Shown here piece by piece: positions 1 to 10,680 of a DNA stretch of 64,000 nucleotides. The position numbers and the translations under genes were made by a program. Origin of the DNA: Somniosus microcephalus (Eukaryota); contig CM126234.1 of NCBI GenBank assembly GCA_052327205.1, positions 29,698,001-29,762,000 on the forward strand, written 5' to 3'. The notes below the pieces were generated by a model. The model was not told where the DNA came from. It did not search any database and saw nothing but the letters and a program-made list of their open reading frames with translations. How positions within the stretch are numbered: position 1 is the first letter of the stretch; every line of letters begins with the position of its first letter.

Positions 1-480
1 GAGGGAAGTGGTATTGACGCGCGCCATTTTAAAATCGGCTTTTCAGGCCGCAGTGCTATCGCCGATCTACTTACAAAATGGCGCCTGCCGCCATCTCGGA
101 TGACTGTCGGGTAGATTAGCCAATGCGGAGGGCTGCCTTTCCCGGATATTTCCGCCCAGGGTTCGGCCTTTTGTGTTGTTGAGGCCCAATACAAAGTTTA
201 TTTAATCGTCACTTTCCAAGCGCTGATTGAATTCCGCATAGTTCCTCGCTGCTAGCTGGATGTGTGGAGGTAAGATCCCGAGTTTTTTTTGTTTTCGGCC
301 AATGCCTCTGCCAAGCACAGCGGCCTGGGCGAGTGGCTCCAGCTCTTATCCTCACCGTGTAATTGCTCTTGCTCGGCAATTTGTGCGTTCGCCCAACCGG
401 GAACTGCTGCCCTGTTTCGGATGACGGAGATTTTAATCGATGTGGCTTTCACAATGCTGCCACGGCCAGTCTTCAAAAGT
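1..480. promoter_or_regulatory. CpG-island promoter, probably bidirectional, with YY1 motifs and a CCAAT box
   Basis: CpG-rich against a CpG-depleted background. YY1-type motifs GCGCCATTTT (21-30), AAAATGGCGC (75-84) and CCGCCATCT (88-96); AGCCAAT (118-124). Donor-like GAG|GTAAGA on + (GT at 270) and TTT|GTAAGT on - (GT at 74-73). Confidence 0.7.
75..94 (-). CDS. Candidate first coding exon (MAAGAI[F/L]) of a divergent gene running out of the window to the left
   Basis: The minus strand reads ccgagATGGCGGCAGGCGCCATTTT|GTAAGTAG: good Kozak context (G at -3, G at +4) followed by a perfect intronic donor hexamer. Gene not identifiable. Confidence 0.35.
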
Positions 481-2159
481 CCTTCTCAAAATTAGTAACT
501 GAATATAGTAGAGTATTTCAATAGGTCTGCCCAGTGACCAGCACGTTTTATTGGGAAAGCAATCTTATTCATAAACAAATTGACCAGCAAGTGATGCGGA
601 CCCCTGAGTGAATAAATGTTCTACATGCTATAGATCGATTAATAACAAAATTCTGAAATCTATAATCCAAACTTTTAGATTAATGTATGAATCGAACAGT
701 TCAGTTATAATCTGATTTAACAATGAGCGCATCTGACGCCAAATCAAAGGTGCTAATTCACAATGCAGAGATGAATAGGTTGTTGCAGATTAGCTAATTT
801 GAAAGCTACTGTATATTTTTATAACGTTACAATTTCCTGTTGAAATTTATTGGAAATCTAGTTTTGTAACCAGTTAGCAGATGGGATTCTATAGAGCACA
901 AATGTATTAAAATCTCAATAATTTATGTATTTAAAAATGTTACTTAATGCCAGAACATTGACCATGTTGCCAGCAGTATTGAAGTGTGTTCTGGTGCATG
1001 CTGAGAGTTAAGATTACTCTGATCTGTTAATGCAGATAAAGCGAAAAAAGAGTAAAATTGGTGAATTGAGTCCTACAGACGAGAAGGTCCCGGTCCTGAT
1101 TACTGAACTGAATGAGCTGATCTCAGTTGGGGGTCACACATTAAGGGCGTTTAGCACCCCATGGCTACGTAGGAGGAAAAGCAGACAGGGCCCCCAGTAC
1201 TGATTGTTATCCAGTGACCCCTTTCAGAAGGTGGATGTACATCTGGTGAGAGGAATGGACTCGGCTGCGGTCTGGTCCTGATGGTATCCTACCCATCATT
1301 CTTAAGATATATGCCACTAAATTTGCCTGTGTTGTGCTCACTCTTCCATCTTGCTCCCAGTCTGCCTTAGTTTCTCCTTGGAAATTTGCTGTGTTCACCC
1401 TACCTTAAATGTGAACCCTCTTGCATAAATTGCCATTTGTTGCCTGTACATTGGTATTTTATAAAGTTATGGAAGCTAATATTAACTCTGAAATGACCTG
1501 TTGACTTGAAAGTTTTGGCCTGATTGTTTTCCTTGCATTCACTCTACAAAAATTTAGTGTTAAGAATTTGAGCATAGTTGTGACATGTGATTTTTGCACT
1601 GTCCATTTGGTACTTGGAGAAAGATAGGGAAGTAATTATCGATATTTTCCTTCCAAACTTTGTGTGTACAGAGAGCATTTTGAGCTTTATAACGTAGGGT
1701 AACAGTGTTTGGACCACTTTGTGGTGATGAATTAAGAGAAGTACACAAGAAGCATATTGGCTTCTATTTTATTTTTTCCTTGGCCCATGTACTTTTCCAA
1801 ATGTATAAATTGGTAGCATTCCATTTAATAGAACGGACAGGGGCAATTTTCAATCTCTTGGATTTTCTGATCTCGTGCTAGGGTAAACCGAGCTTGTCCC
1901 TGCCAAACCTAATGCTGGCTTTTTTCTCCTCCTCATGGCTCTGCTGCCGTCCAGACCTCTACACTGCCTTTGTGCTATCCTGTTCACACTGATAATTTCT
2001 TCATGAATTGACAAATCTCCTGTGGATTGTGCAATAATTATTTTGTGAAGAATTTGCAACCGCACTCCTCAAATTGTGCTTAATTTGGTTGATGGGCTTC
2101 CTGATAGCAAGGGTGGAGAGGTACACCAGGAATGGAAGCTAATGACTTCAATCTGTATA

Positions 2160-2415
2160 GTTTTGAGCCATACGGTCTAGTTCAGCATCCTTGATGAGGG
2201 AAAATAAATCAGCCAGGGTTCATGCTCTTCTACAAAATACGTATATGGGGACATTGGGAGAAGGCAAAATCGAGCTTGACTGATATCTTTACACTATTAA
2301 GTTTTCACATGAAGAATAGCTGCTTGGTGAAGATACTGGATGAGGGCTGCTGTCACCTATAAAACTGTACCACAAGATGAGCCACTTCTCATCAGGAGAG
2401 AGGTGATGAGGAAAT
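2160..2415 (+). repeat. Degraded SINE-like interspersed repeat
   Basis: Shares blocks with other copies in the window: ~1040-1300 (+), and 3520-3890, 14520-14790, 21945-22130, 42680-43200, 50030-50290 and 62540-62740 (all -). A tRNA-like head (TGGCTCAGTGGG) is visible on - at ~62730. Confidence 0.55.
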
Positions 2416-3937
2416 ACAGACTGAGAATGTTTCAGTGAAAAGTTGTATTTACTGTACTGGGTTAAGGTTTTTATAAGTACTTGCCAGCGCTTTCTCTGTT
2501 TGTGTGTGTGTGTGTATATAGTGCATCATCCATGCCATTTCTGACTTTAAAAAAATTGAATACATAAATGAAGTGATGTCCCTTGCCAATCTCGTGCCTT
2601 TGTACAGTCCCAAGTATGCCTCTGTACAGTCTATTTTTGTTCAATCAAAATTATTTTGTGTGATAAAATAACACAGCAAAGTGGGAATTTAATGCTAAAA
2701 GTCATTTACTTCAAATCTTCTGCTAATTCAGAGTAGACTGCATTGGGCTCCTCCCAATAGATCCCCAGACCTCTGGAGGTTTATGCCTCTCTACATCAGT
2801 CTCCTGATTACATTGAGCTACAGATTTGCCCAGGCCTATATTTCACCAATAACCATCAAATCTATCCGAATCCAATTGGCCTCAGAATTCACGTTTTAAA
2901 ATGATAAAAGCCACCCCATTGTTTCCTCTGAGCCTGGGTGAGGTCTGTCACAGTGGTTGAATTTATTTTTGATAGTATGCGATTTCTTTTATTTTTGTAG
3001 ATTTTTATTTTATGACAGTGTGGTTTAGTAAGATAACTAAAACAAGAAAATGACTAATCAGAAAATCAGAGATATACACAGTAAATATGATCACTTTTTC
3101 AGCTGTTACATATTGTAAAGGCATTTATTTTTTGAAAATTAAGTACGTGAAGTTTTAAAGGTGGTAATTTCATCTTGTCACTGTTCTAGAACATGGTTAC
3201 TTTTGAAGGGTGGGGTGAATAGTTTGCAAGTAGTAATCACAGGGATCTTGCAAATCTTCAATGCCATGTAGTTTTTTCACACCACTATCCACAGTAACTA
3301 CTAAACATTTTTTCTGACTATCTGCCATACTAGACACTGGTGAAAATGGACTGATACATGGTTTTTATTTTTTTTTTAATAATAATTCTGGCAGCCCAAA
3401 AGTTCTGAATACTTTTTCTTTCAATTTTTAACTTTTTTCAAGGTGGATTACATTCATGTGTAAATCAGAACCGTTTATCCTGCTTCGTAAATTAATTGCC
3501 AATTTTCCTATCCCATTTCTTTCCTCTCCCCCGCCACCACGCGCACACACACTGGGATATTGCTATCTGGGCATGGTTATCTTCTCGTACCTCATCCAAG
3601 CAACCATTATTGATGTGAACCTCAACGGTGAGTGTTGGTAAGCTATCCAACTGGAAGTTGTCATAGCACAGACCCAATGCTGTCCTCGCATGACATTCAC
3701 ACACACGCACTTCCAGTATGAGTTGCTGTGTAGTAATTGGCAGTGGAAATCCTGGCTGATTGTTCAGTTCCTAATCTGGGGCAGTATAGCCATTTGTAGT
3801 GCCTTTATTTCCCAGGGTCGAGATCACCTAACTTCACAAAAAATAGGATCTAACCTGAGATCCTCCTGGTCTGCATGACTCAGACTTTACCTCTGCTATT
3901 TGGATGGTTTAAGCAGCATTTGAATTTTTAAAATATA

Positions 3938-4274
3938 CAGGAAACTTTCGTTTAACCGGAGGTTAAATGTCCAGAAAGCTCTATCTACCGGCAAAATTCA
4001 GGAGCCGTTTCCTATAAGTTTTTTTTTTACTTCTCGTTGCTTTTTTTTCCCCAGTCAGGCTCTGCAAGGTCTAGCTGAAGCTGTTGCTTAGCTACAGAGA
4101 CGCTTTTAAGCTGCGGCTGACTGTTTTGGAGCTGTTGCTAAGCAACAGGGTTTGTTGATTCACACGGCGCTCAAAAGCTCCGTATGTTTTAACATTAGCG
4201 CTGGTTTCTACGGCAGTTTTGATGGTACGGCACCAGCTCGGTCCCGTCAGTGCCGGATACCAGAAAGTTTCCTG
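3938..4274. mobile_element. Tc1/mariner (Tigger/pogo-like) MITE, copy 1
   Basis: TA|CAGGAAACTTTC ... GAAAGTTTCCTG|TA: terminal inverted repeats with TA target duplication. Homologous to 50406-50707. Confidence 0.8.
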
Positions 4275-4394
4275 TACTTTTAGGGTGCTGAATTTAAAAA
4301 CTGCCAATGATTGATTGGGAGTAGCACCCAATGCTCAAACGGATGCCAATTCCTTCTGCTTTATCGCGCCATTGTCAGACTGATCATTTACTGA

Positions 4395-4500
4395 AAAATA
4401 AACAAAGTGCTGGAAATACTCAGCAGGCCAGGCAGCATCTGCGGAGAGAGAAACCGAATGTTACATTTCAGATTTCCAGCATCTGTAGTGTTTTGGCTTT
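4395..4500. mobile_element. Short Penelope-derived insertion with 14-bp target duplication
   Basis: Two oppositely oriented pieces of Penelope terminal sequence (cf. 15780-15827, 52670-52770), flanked by the direct repeat TGATCATTTACTGA at 4381-4394 and 4501-4514. Confidence 0.65.
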
Positions 4501-5267
4501 TGATCATTTACTGATCAGAGCTGAAATATTAAGTCAATATGAGCCTGTTGGTGAGGCATTCCTAAGTCCAATTTCTTTAGTTGAAGACCCACTGATCTTA
4601 CATTTGATAATTTTGGTGAATTTTTCTGCATCTCAAAGTGAGGGATATTGGTGCTGGTAACATTTTCTCTTACTCGACACCAAAAATTTAAAACTTGTTA
4701 TAACCATTTCATACAATTTAGTGCTATTATGTGGGCAGATTTTTCTAAAGTATGTATATAATATATATACACATACGTGTTTTTTTGTGGCCATCAATGT
4801 GAGGAATGCAAGTGCTAAGAAATATAACACCGTATCCATATTTGACACTCGAGCTGGGGTTCTCCGCTTCTGTCCTTGCTGCTCGGTGTTCCCCCCCCCC
4901 CCCCCCCCATTAAAGAAAATTGGCAGAAAATCACAGGCTGTTGAGTGCAGAATCCCAGCGCCAGGTGCTCTGAAGAGAGTTGATGCATGGTTTAGATATT
5001 AAATATAACTACACTGCTCCCAACAATATGCCTTAACCCCAACCTCAAATGATTCCTCTGCTGCACCAGTGTAAATGTTTCCATTCCTCATACCAGCCAT
5101 TTTATGTCCTTTAGGTCATACTGCCAGATTATGGGCACTTTTGTGCTATGCACCCATACCTACTTGAAACTGGTTTGCGGCTGCCTACACTAATTTAACT
5201 TGGTATAGTTCAGAGACACAAGTAGTTGCTATGAGCTGCATTTCAAATTCCACTCCCGAGATGAAAT

Positions 5268-6085
5268 AGAAACCTAGAAGATAGGAGCAGGAGTAGGCCA
5301 TTCGGCCCCTCGAGTCTGCTCCGCCATTTAATGTGATCATGGCTGATCATCCAAACTCAGTACCCTGTCCCTGCTTTCTCCCCATATCCCTTGATCCCTT
5401 TAGCCTTTAAGAAATATATCGAACTCCTTCTTGAATATATTTAATGAATTGGCCTCAACTGCCTTCTGTGGTAGAGAATTCCACAGGTTCACCACTCTCT
5501 GGGTGAAGAAATTCCTCCTCATCTCAGTCCTAAATGGCTTACCCCTTATCTTTAGACTGTGACCCCTGGTTCTGGACTCCCCCGTCATCAGGAACACCTT
5601 TCCTGCATCTAGTCTGTCTAGTCCTGTTAGAATTTTATAAGTTTCAATGAGATCCCCTCTCATTCTTCTAAACTCCAGCGAGTACAAGCCCAATCGACCC
5701 AATCTCTCCTCATACGTCATTCCTGCCATCCCAGGTATCAGTCTGGTGAATCTTCGCTGCACTCCTTCCATGGCAAGAACATCCTTCCTCAGTTAAGGCG
5801 ACCAAAACTGCACACAATACTCAAGGTGTGGTCTCACCAAGGCCCTGTACAACTGCAGCAAGACATCCTTGCTCCTGTCCGCGAATCCTCTCGCTACGAA
5901 GGCCAACATACCATTTGCCGCCTTAACCGCCTGCTGCACCTGCATGCTTACCTTCAGTGACTGGTGCACAAGAACACCCAGGTCTCGTTGCACTTCCCCC
6001 TTCTCCCAATCTATTGCCGTTCAGATAATCTGCCTTCCTGTTTTTGCCACCGAAGTGGATAACCTCGCATTTATCCACATTATAG
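5268..6085 (-). mobile_element. CR1 LINE, 5'-truncated
   Basis: ORFs 5400-5771 and 5793-5993 give the CR1 ORF2 C-terminus (RPHLEYCVQFWSP, LEFRRMRGDLIETYKI), followed by the 3'UTR. Near-identical to 20228-21030. Confidence 0.95.
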
Positions 6086-6164
6086 TGCGAATGGGGACGT
6101 GCTAGCCACTATGATGCTGACCCTAGACTCGCCAGCTTTGAAAAGAGGCCGACCGGCGTTTTGT

Positions 6165-6895
6165 CCTTGGAGGGAATTCAAAGGAGGGCAACTAAGCTGG
6201 TGTGCTAAGCTGTGAGGAAAGACGGGGGTTACTAGGGATGCTTGTGTTGGAAAAAGATGGCTTTGAGTTGATAGTGAGGCATTTGAGATTTTAATTGGCT
6301 AACTTTCCTACATTACAACAGTGACGACACTTCAAAAGTTCTTCATTGGCTGTAAAGCGCTTTGGGACGTCCTGAGATCGTGAAAGGTGCTATATAAATG
6401 CAAGTTTTTCTTCTTTTAAAGGAGAGATACTGAATCCCTAATCGTTAATATAAGGAAATATGGATGCAAGCTTAGATAAGAAAAGGTGAATACACAGTTG
6501 AGCTGCAATGTTGTGAAAAAGTGGAATAGCCTACCAGAGGCGATGGAGTGTGTTACAAGTTTCAATTGCATGATTGATACATTTTTGGAAGAAAGGTCTA
6601 CTGAAGGGTGTTAAGTCTGTGACCTTGGGGACTAGCTTATGGACAGAAATACTGTTTTCTGGCACTGTTCACAGTATGATGTTCCGAAGGACATATCTGA
6701 GGTGGGGTGGTAGGTGGTAATGCATCATGGGTAACAATGGATCTTGCTTGGGGAGCCATGGAGAAACTTACCAGAGTTTTCCCTGAAATTAGCCACACGT
6801 TTTTGTGTCTCCCAGCCAATTGGGGAAGTTTTGTGTATTAGGATGCACCATGGAAAGGATAGGGTGATTACAGATGGGCCTTTCCTTTCATATAC
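6165..6895 (+). mobile_element. Old degraded CR1 3' fragment interrupted by a SacSINE1 tail (6295-6415)
   Basis: Decayed CR1 C-terminal and 3'UTR words. Includes a degenerate copy of the U-rich module seen at 55540-55660. Confidence 0.5.
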
Positions 6896-7837
6896 TTGTG
6901 AATGGCTTTAAACAGGAGATTAATTCAAATGACTGAACAATAATGTTCCCATTTTATGTTTGTGAATTTAATGGCAATCACAGCATTGTCAAATTGTTCC
7001 TTTTTTAATGGTTGAAGTGAAATACCAGTGGGAAATGATAACTAGTCCACAGTTTAGTATTGTGGAAAGGTAGCGGTCCATAAAAAGAGGGCATAGTTTG
7101 AGCCTTTGATGGGGTCCTGTTCATTTCACTTGCATTTAGGCGCAGCATATAGGAGGACCAGTTTGTTGTCCTGTGGCACTGAGGGAATAGGTTTAACTTT
7201 CCCCATGCCACTGTGTTCTTGCCTGCACTGCTGTGTGAAGGCTAAGCTCCTACAGGAGGTTAGATAAATCAGTGAGCCATCCTTGGATCACTTGCCAGCT
7301 CAAGGAGGCCTAGGAGTAAGTTGCCTGCCTGCTTTGGCCAGAGATGGCATGTGGCCCTAAGACACCTTGGGGACTGGATTTTAAAAAGTGATTTAAGCTT
7401 TTCATTCCACTTATATTCAAATAGTGGAGCAGGAAACCTGCTTTGTTTTTAAACCCTACAATTTAACTGCCAAAAGTATGTTCTTAAAATAAAATTCAGT
7501 GTTTCCAATTTCATATTTAATGCTGTGAAAGAATTAGATATGAACTTATGATTACTAAATATTCAGAGAAAACATCAACCCTCCAGACACACTCCAAACG
7601 CTTGTTCAGGTATCAGACCTGTTAAAAGTAGCCAATTCTAATTGCAAAACCATTTATATGGAGTGCTGTGTTTTCTAAAGTGACGTCTGTCAAAATGTCA
7701 CATTTAAAATCAAAATTAGGGATTGCCATTTGGCAAATCATGTTTGGTGTTTACTAGCAACCGACTGGGCCTTTTAGCATTGTCTGCTGCGGTGGAAGGC
7801 GCTTGTGTTGCGCTGCGCCTCTTCAGCCTGGAGTTGC

Positions 7838-8520
7838 TCTTGGCTGGGAGGACCTGGTTGGATGCTCTTTGTCGTGAAGTTACCCTTGACTGGGAGGACC
7901 TGCGTTGAGCCTCTTTGTGTCGGAGCTGTGAGGGAAGGAGCGGAGTCGAGCGGTGCTGTGCTGTATAGGCAAACCCATCCCTGGTTTGTGAGTTTTGATA
8001 CCGGTTAAAGTTTCGAGCTCGGTGAGATGAGTCGAAGATTTTCATGTGTACACACTGTGCGGAGAAGATTGGGGTTTGTTTGTGGGCCGGGGGTCATTTT
8101 AATTTGTAACAGGAAGTCGAGGCCTAAAGGCGCCATTACAGCCTGAAATCCAGGGAGCGCGTTTGAGAGCTTCCCGGTACAACTGCAATCGGCTGGGGCT
8201 GCGGTCGCCGAATCATTTAGCTGGAAAATTTGATTAAAGGTGGATTTAAGACAAAAGTAATCGTCGAATAAAGTGCGTTAGTTGGATGCGTGGCACGCAG
8301 GATAAAACCAGCCGCTTGTGTGGGGGAGGGGTGGGGAGGAGAATTCTGTTTAAAATTTTTTTTATTTTTTTTTACACATTGAAATAATACAATTAATTGC
8401 CGATATTTAAACGGTAATTTTTCTCACACATTTTTGGAATGAGTTTAATCTTGTTTGAGAGACGGCTAGAATTGCCGTTTTTTGGCGCTATGTCGCTCGT
8501 GTATGGGAGGACCTGTTTGC
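7838..8520 (+). promoter_or_regulatory. CpG-rich promoter or 5'UTR exon block of ZC3H10-like copy A
   Basis: CpG-rich. 7838-8230 aligns with 22971-23330, and 8420-8510 with ~28570-28740. Conserved ETS-like CAGGAAGT; donor-like TTT|GTGAGT at ~7988. Confidence 0.6.
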
Positions 8521-9940
8521 TCGTGCTATTTGGAGGAGTGCGTAAAAGAGCTGAACCGTGTATGAACCTGTGTTTTTTCTATCTTTTGTAACCGTTCTGA
8601 CTGTTGATTACTCCGACAGTTTAAATGTTCAGAGTGAAGGTTTAATTCTGTGTTCGTGTGTGTCATGCAGCAGAATGTTGAGGCCTAGCAGTCTTGTGAT
8701 CTGGAAAGCTGTGTCGAAAATGATTGTGTACATTACCGGAAGTGTAAAAATTACTAGAACTCGTATGGCAAGTACAGGAATTGATGAAACTGTCACATAC
8801 ACTGAAGAGTAAAATACATTTTTAGGATGGCAATATGAGTCAGTAAAATATGATAAATCCCCCATTTGTAGAACAAAATAGTGTGCAGAATTAAACTTGG
8901 TAAAAAGCCAAATTTCTTGCAAGCATGGTGACCCGAGCCTGCTGTTGCAGTACTCTGACTATAGGAAAGAGAAGAATCCATGATTTCAGACCTGTCTGCG
9001 CAGCCTGATAAGGAAACTTTGCGATCGGTTGGGAACTCTGCATCCCCAGATTTCTGAGGTCAGGTGCCTCTTGGGCCAGCAGGCCCAAGTCATGCCTACT
9101 GCTGATTCCCATGGAATCACACAAGATATTCCCAATTATTATCACTAGAGCAACTTGACACAGCGAGGGAGACCTGGATTTGAGGGTCTTCACGCTGATC
9201 GGATACTTTACCTTTTTACTAAAATGTTGATTTTTGCAAAACTTATAAAGTGGGTAGTGCTTTAAACGGACTTCTCATTTACGGCTACGTTACTTGTTTT
9301 CTTTTTAATTGTTCTGCCCTGTAAGTTTTTAAAAGAAAAAAAATCATGCAGTATTGGGAGGTCCATGTGCTTCCTGGGCTCATTGATGTTTTTGAGAAGT
9401 TAGTTGTGAGTTGGAGAATGATGGCCATGGGTGACTTCACAGTTTTCCTTTCTAGAGGTGTTGTGCCTACCTGCTGTACAGTGGTACAGCTGAGGTTGGT
9501 AACTTGTGTGGAGGACTGCCATTATGAACTCGTCTAGCACCATTTGTTTGGTGATCTACATATTACATTATTTTTGAGTGCGTTTTAGTGTTTTACCTGT
9601 TATAAGCTTTTCCTTTTGAAAGGAGTGCCAGAAATGATCTGTTCTGGCATGGCCCACATAATTAAATACAATGCTATAAATTGGAAGACTTCATGGACAA
9701 TCTCAAAATACAGAGCAGTGTGCATTTGTTTTTTGCGCACACTATACTTGTGGATCTGACTGATTCATTTGAGAGTTCTGTATTTTTTCACTTGTGCAAA
9801 CAAAAATACAATTGCACAGACTTCTTCGATGCTAATTGTCACTTGATAATGTTGCTACTGCGACTACTCTGAATTCAATGTTTTATGGAATGCGCAACAG
9901 TTACTTTGTAAATGAATCGCTCATTCTCTATAAAGACCTG

Positions 9941-10008
9941 CCTTTTTTTTTCTTTTGCAGTTGCTTGTGTAGCGCCTTGGCTAAACAGCGCAGAAATAAT
10001 CTATAAAA
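9941..10008 (+). other. Splice acceptor (AG 9959-9960) and 5'UTR part of the coding exon, copy A
   Basis: Polypyrimidine tract then TTTTGCAG|TTG. The same acceptor and the CAGCGCAGAAATAATC leader occur in copy B. Confidence 0.8.
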
Positions 10009-10680
10009 ATGCCAGATAACGGCACCGAGGAGGCTGGCCCCAGTACAGATGATATTTGCCGCGACTTCCTGCGCAACGTCTGCAACCGCGGTAAGCGCTG
10101 CAAGTTCCGCCACCCAGACGCTAATGAGATGTCCACCCTTGGCCTTTTATCTTCTGATCTACCCGTTAATAAAGGTGAGATTCCGATCTGCCACGACTAT
10201 CAGAAGGGTGACTGTCAAAGAGGGCCCAAATGTAAGTTCCTGCACGTAAAGCGCGACGAGTATGGTTATGAAAACCAAGGTATGGCGCACAGCCAGGTGT
10301 TTTCCCCCTTGGCACGCAGATATGATCGCTATGATGACCTCTACTCTAGAGGTTATGATGCTGACCACTACGATGGCTACGACACCCACCTGAAGAGGAG
10401 AAGGATGGAGGGCATGGGGTTTGAAGTGTACGACTACGGCATGCAGAATTCAGGCGCAGCTGACTACCGGTTTCTGAAGGAAGAGAATCTCATGCTGCAA
10501 AAGCGCGTTGAGGATCTCCAAAAACAGGTGTCAAACCTGATGGCCACCAATGAGCTCCTCCTGGAGCAGAATGCAAATCTCCGCAACCAAGTGAAGATGG
10601 GAATGATGGCTCCCATGACCCCCATGACCTCTATGACCCCCACACCCAGTGCAGCAGCTGGGAGATTCGCCACCCAGTGA
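10009..10680 (+). CDS. ZC3H10: ZC3H10-like CCCH zinc-finger protein, copy A (two fingers, 223 aa)
   Basis: CRDFLRNVCNRGKRCKFRH (C-x7-C-x5-C-x3-H) matches ZC3H10 finger 1; second finger CHDYQKGDCQRGPKCKFLH; basic LKRRR motif; coiled coil EENLMLQKRVEDLQKQVSNLMATNELLLEQN typical of ZC3H10. Paralog or ortholog status unresolved. Confidence 0.93.
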   Translation: MPDNGTEEAGPSTDDICRDFLRNVCNRGKRCKFRHPDANEMSTLGLLSSDLPVNKGEIPICHDYQKGDCQRGPKCKFLHVKRDEYGYENQGMAHSQVFSPLARRYDRYDDLYSRGYDADHYDGYDTHLKRRRMEGMGFEVYDYGMQNSGAADYRFLKEENLMLQKRVEDLQKQVSNLMATNELLLEQNANLRNQVKMGMMAPMTPMTSMTPTPSAAAGRFATQ

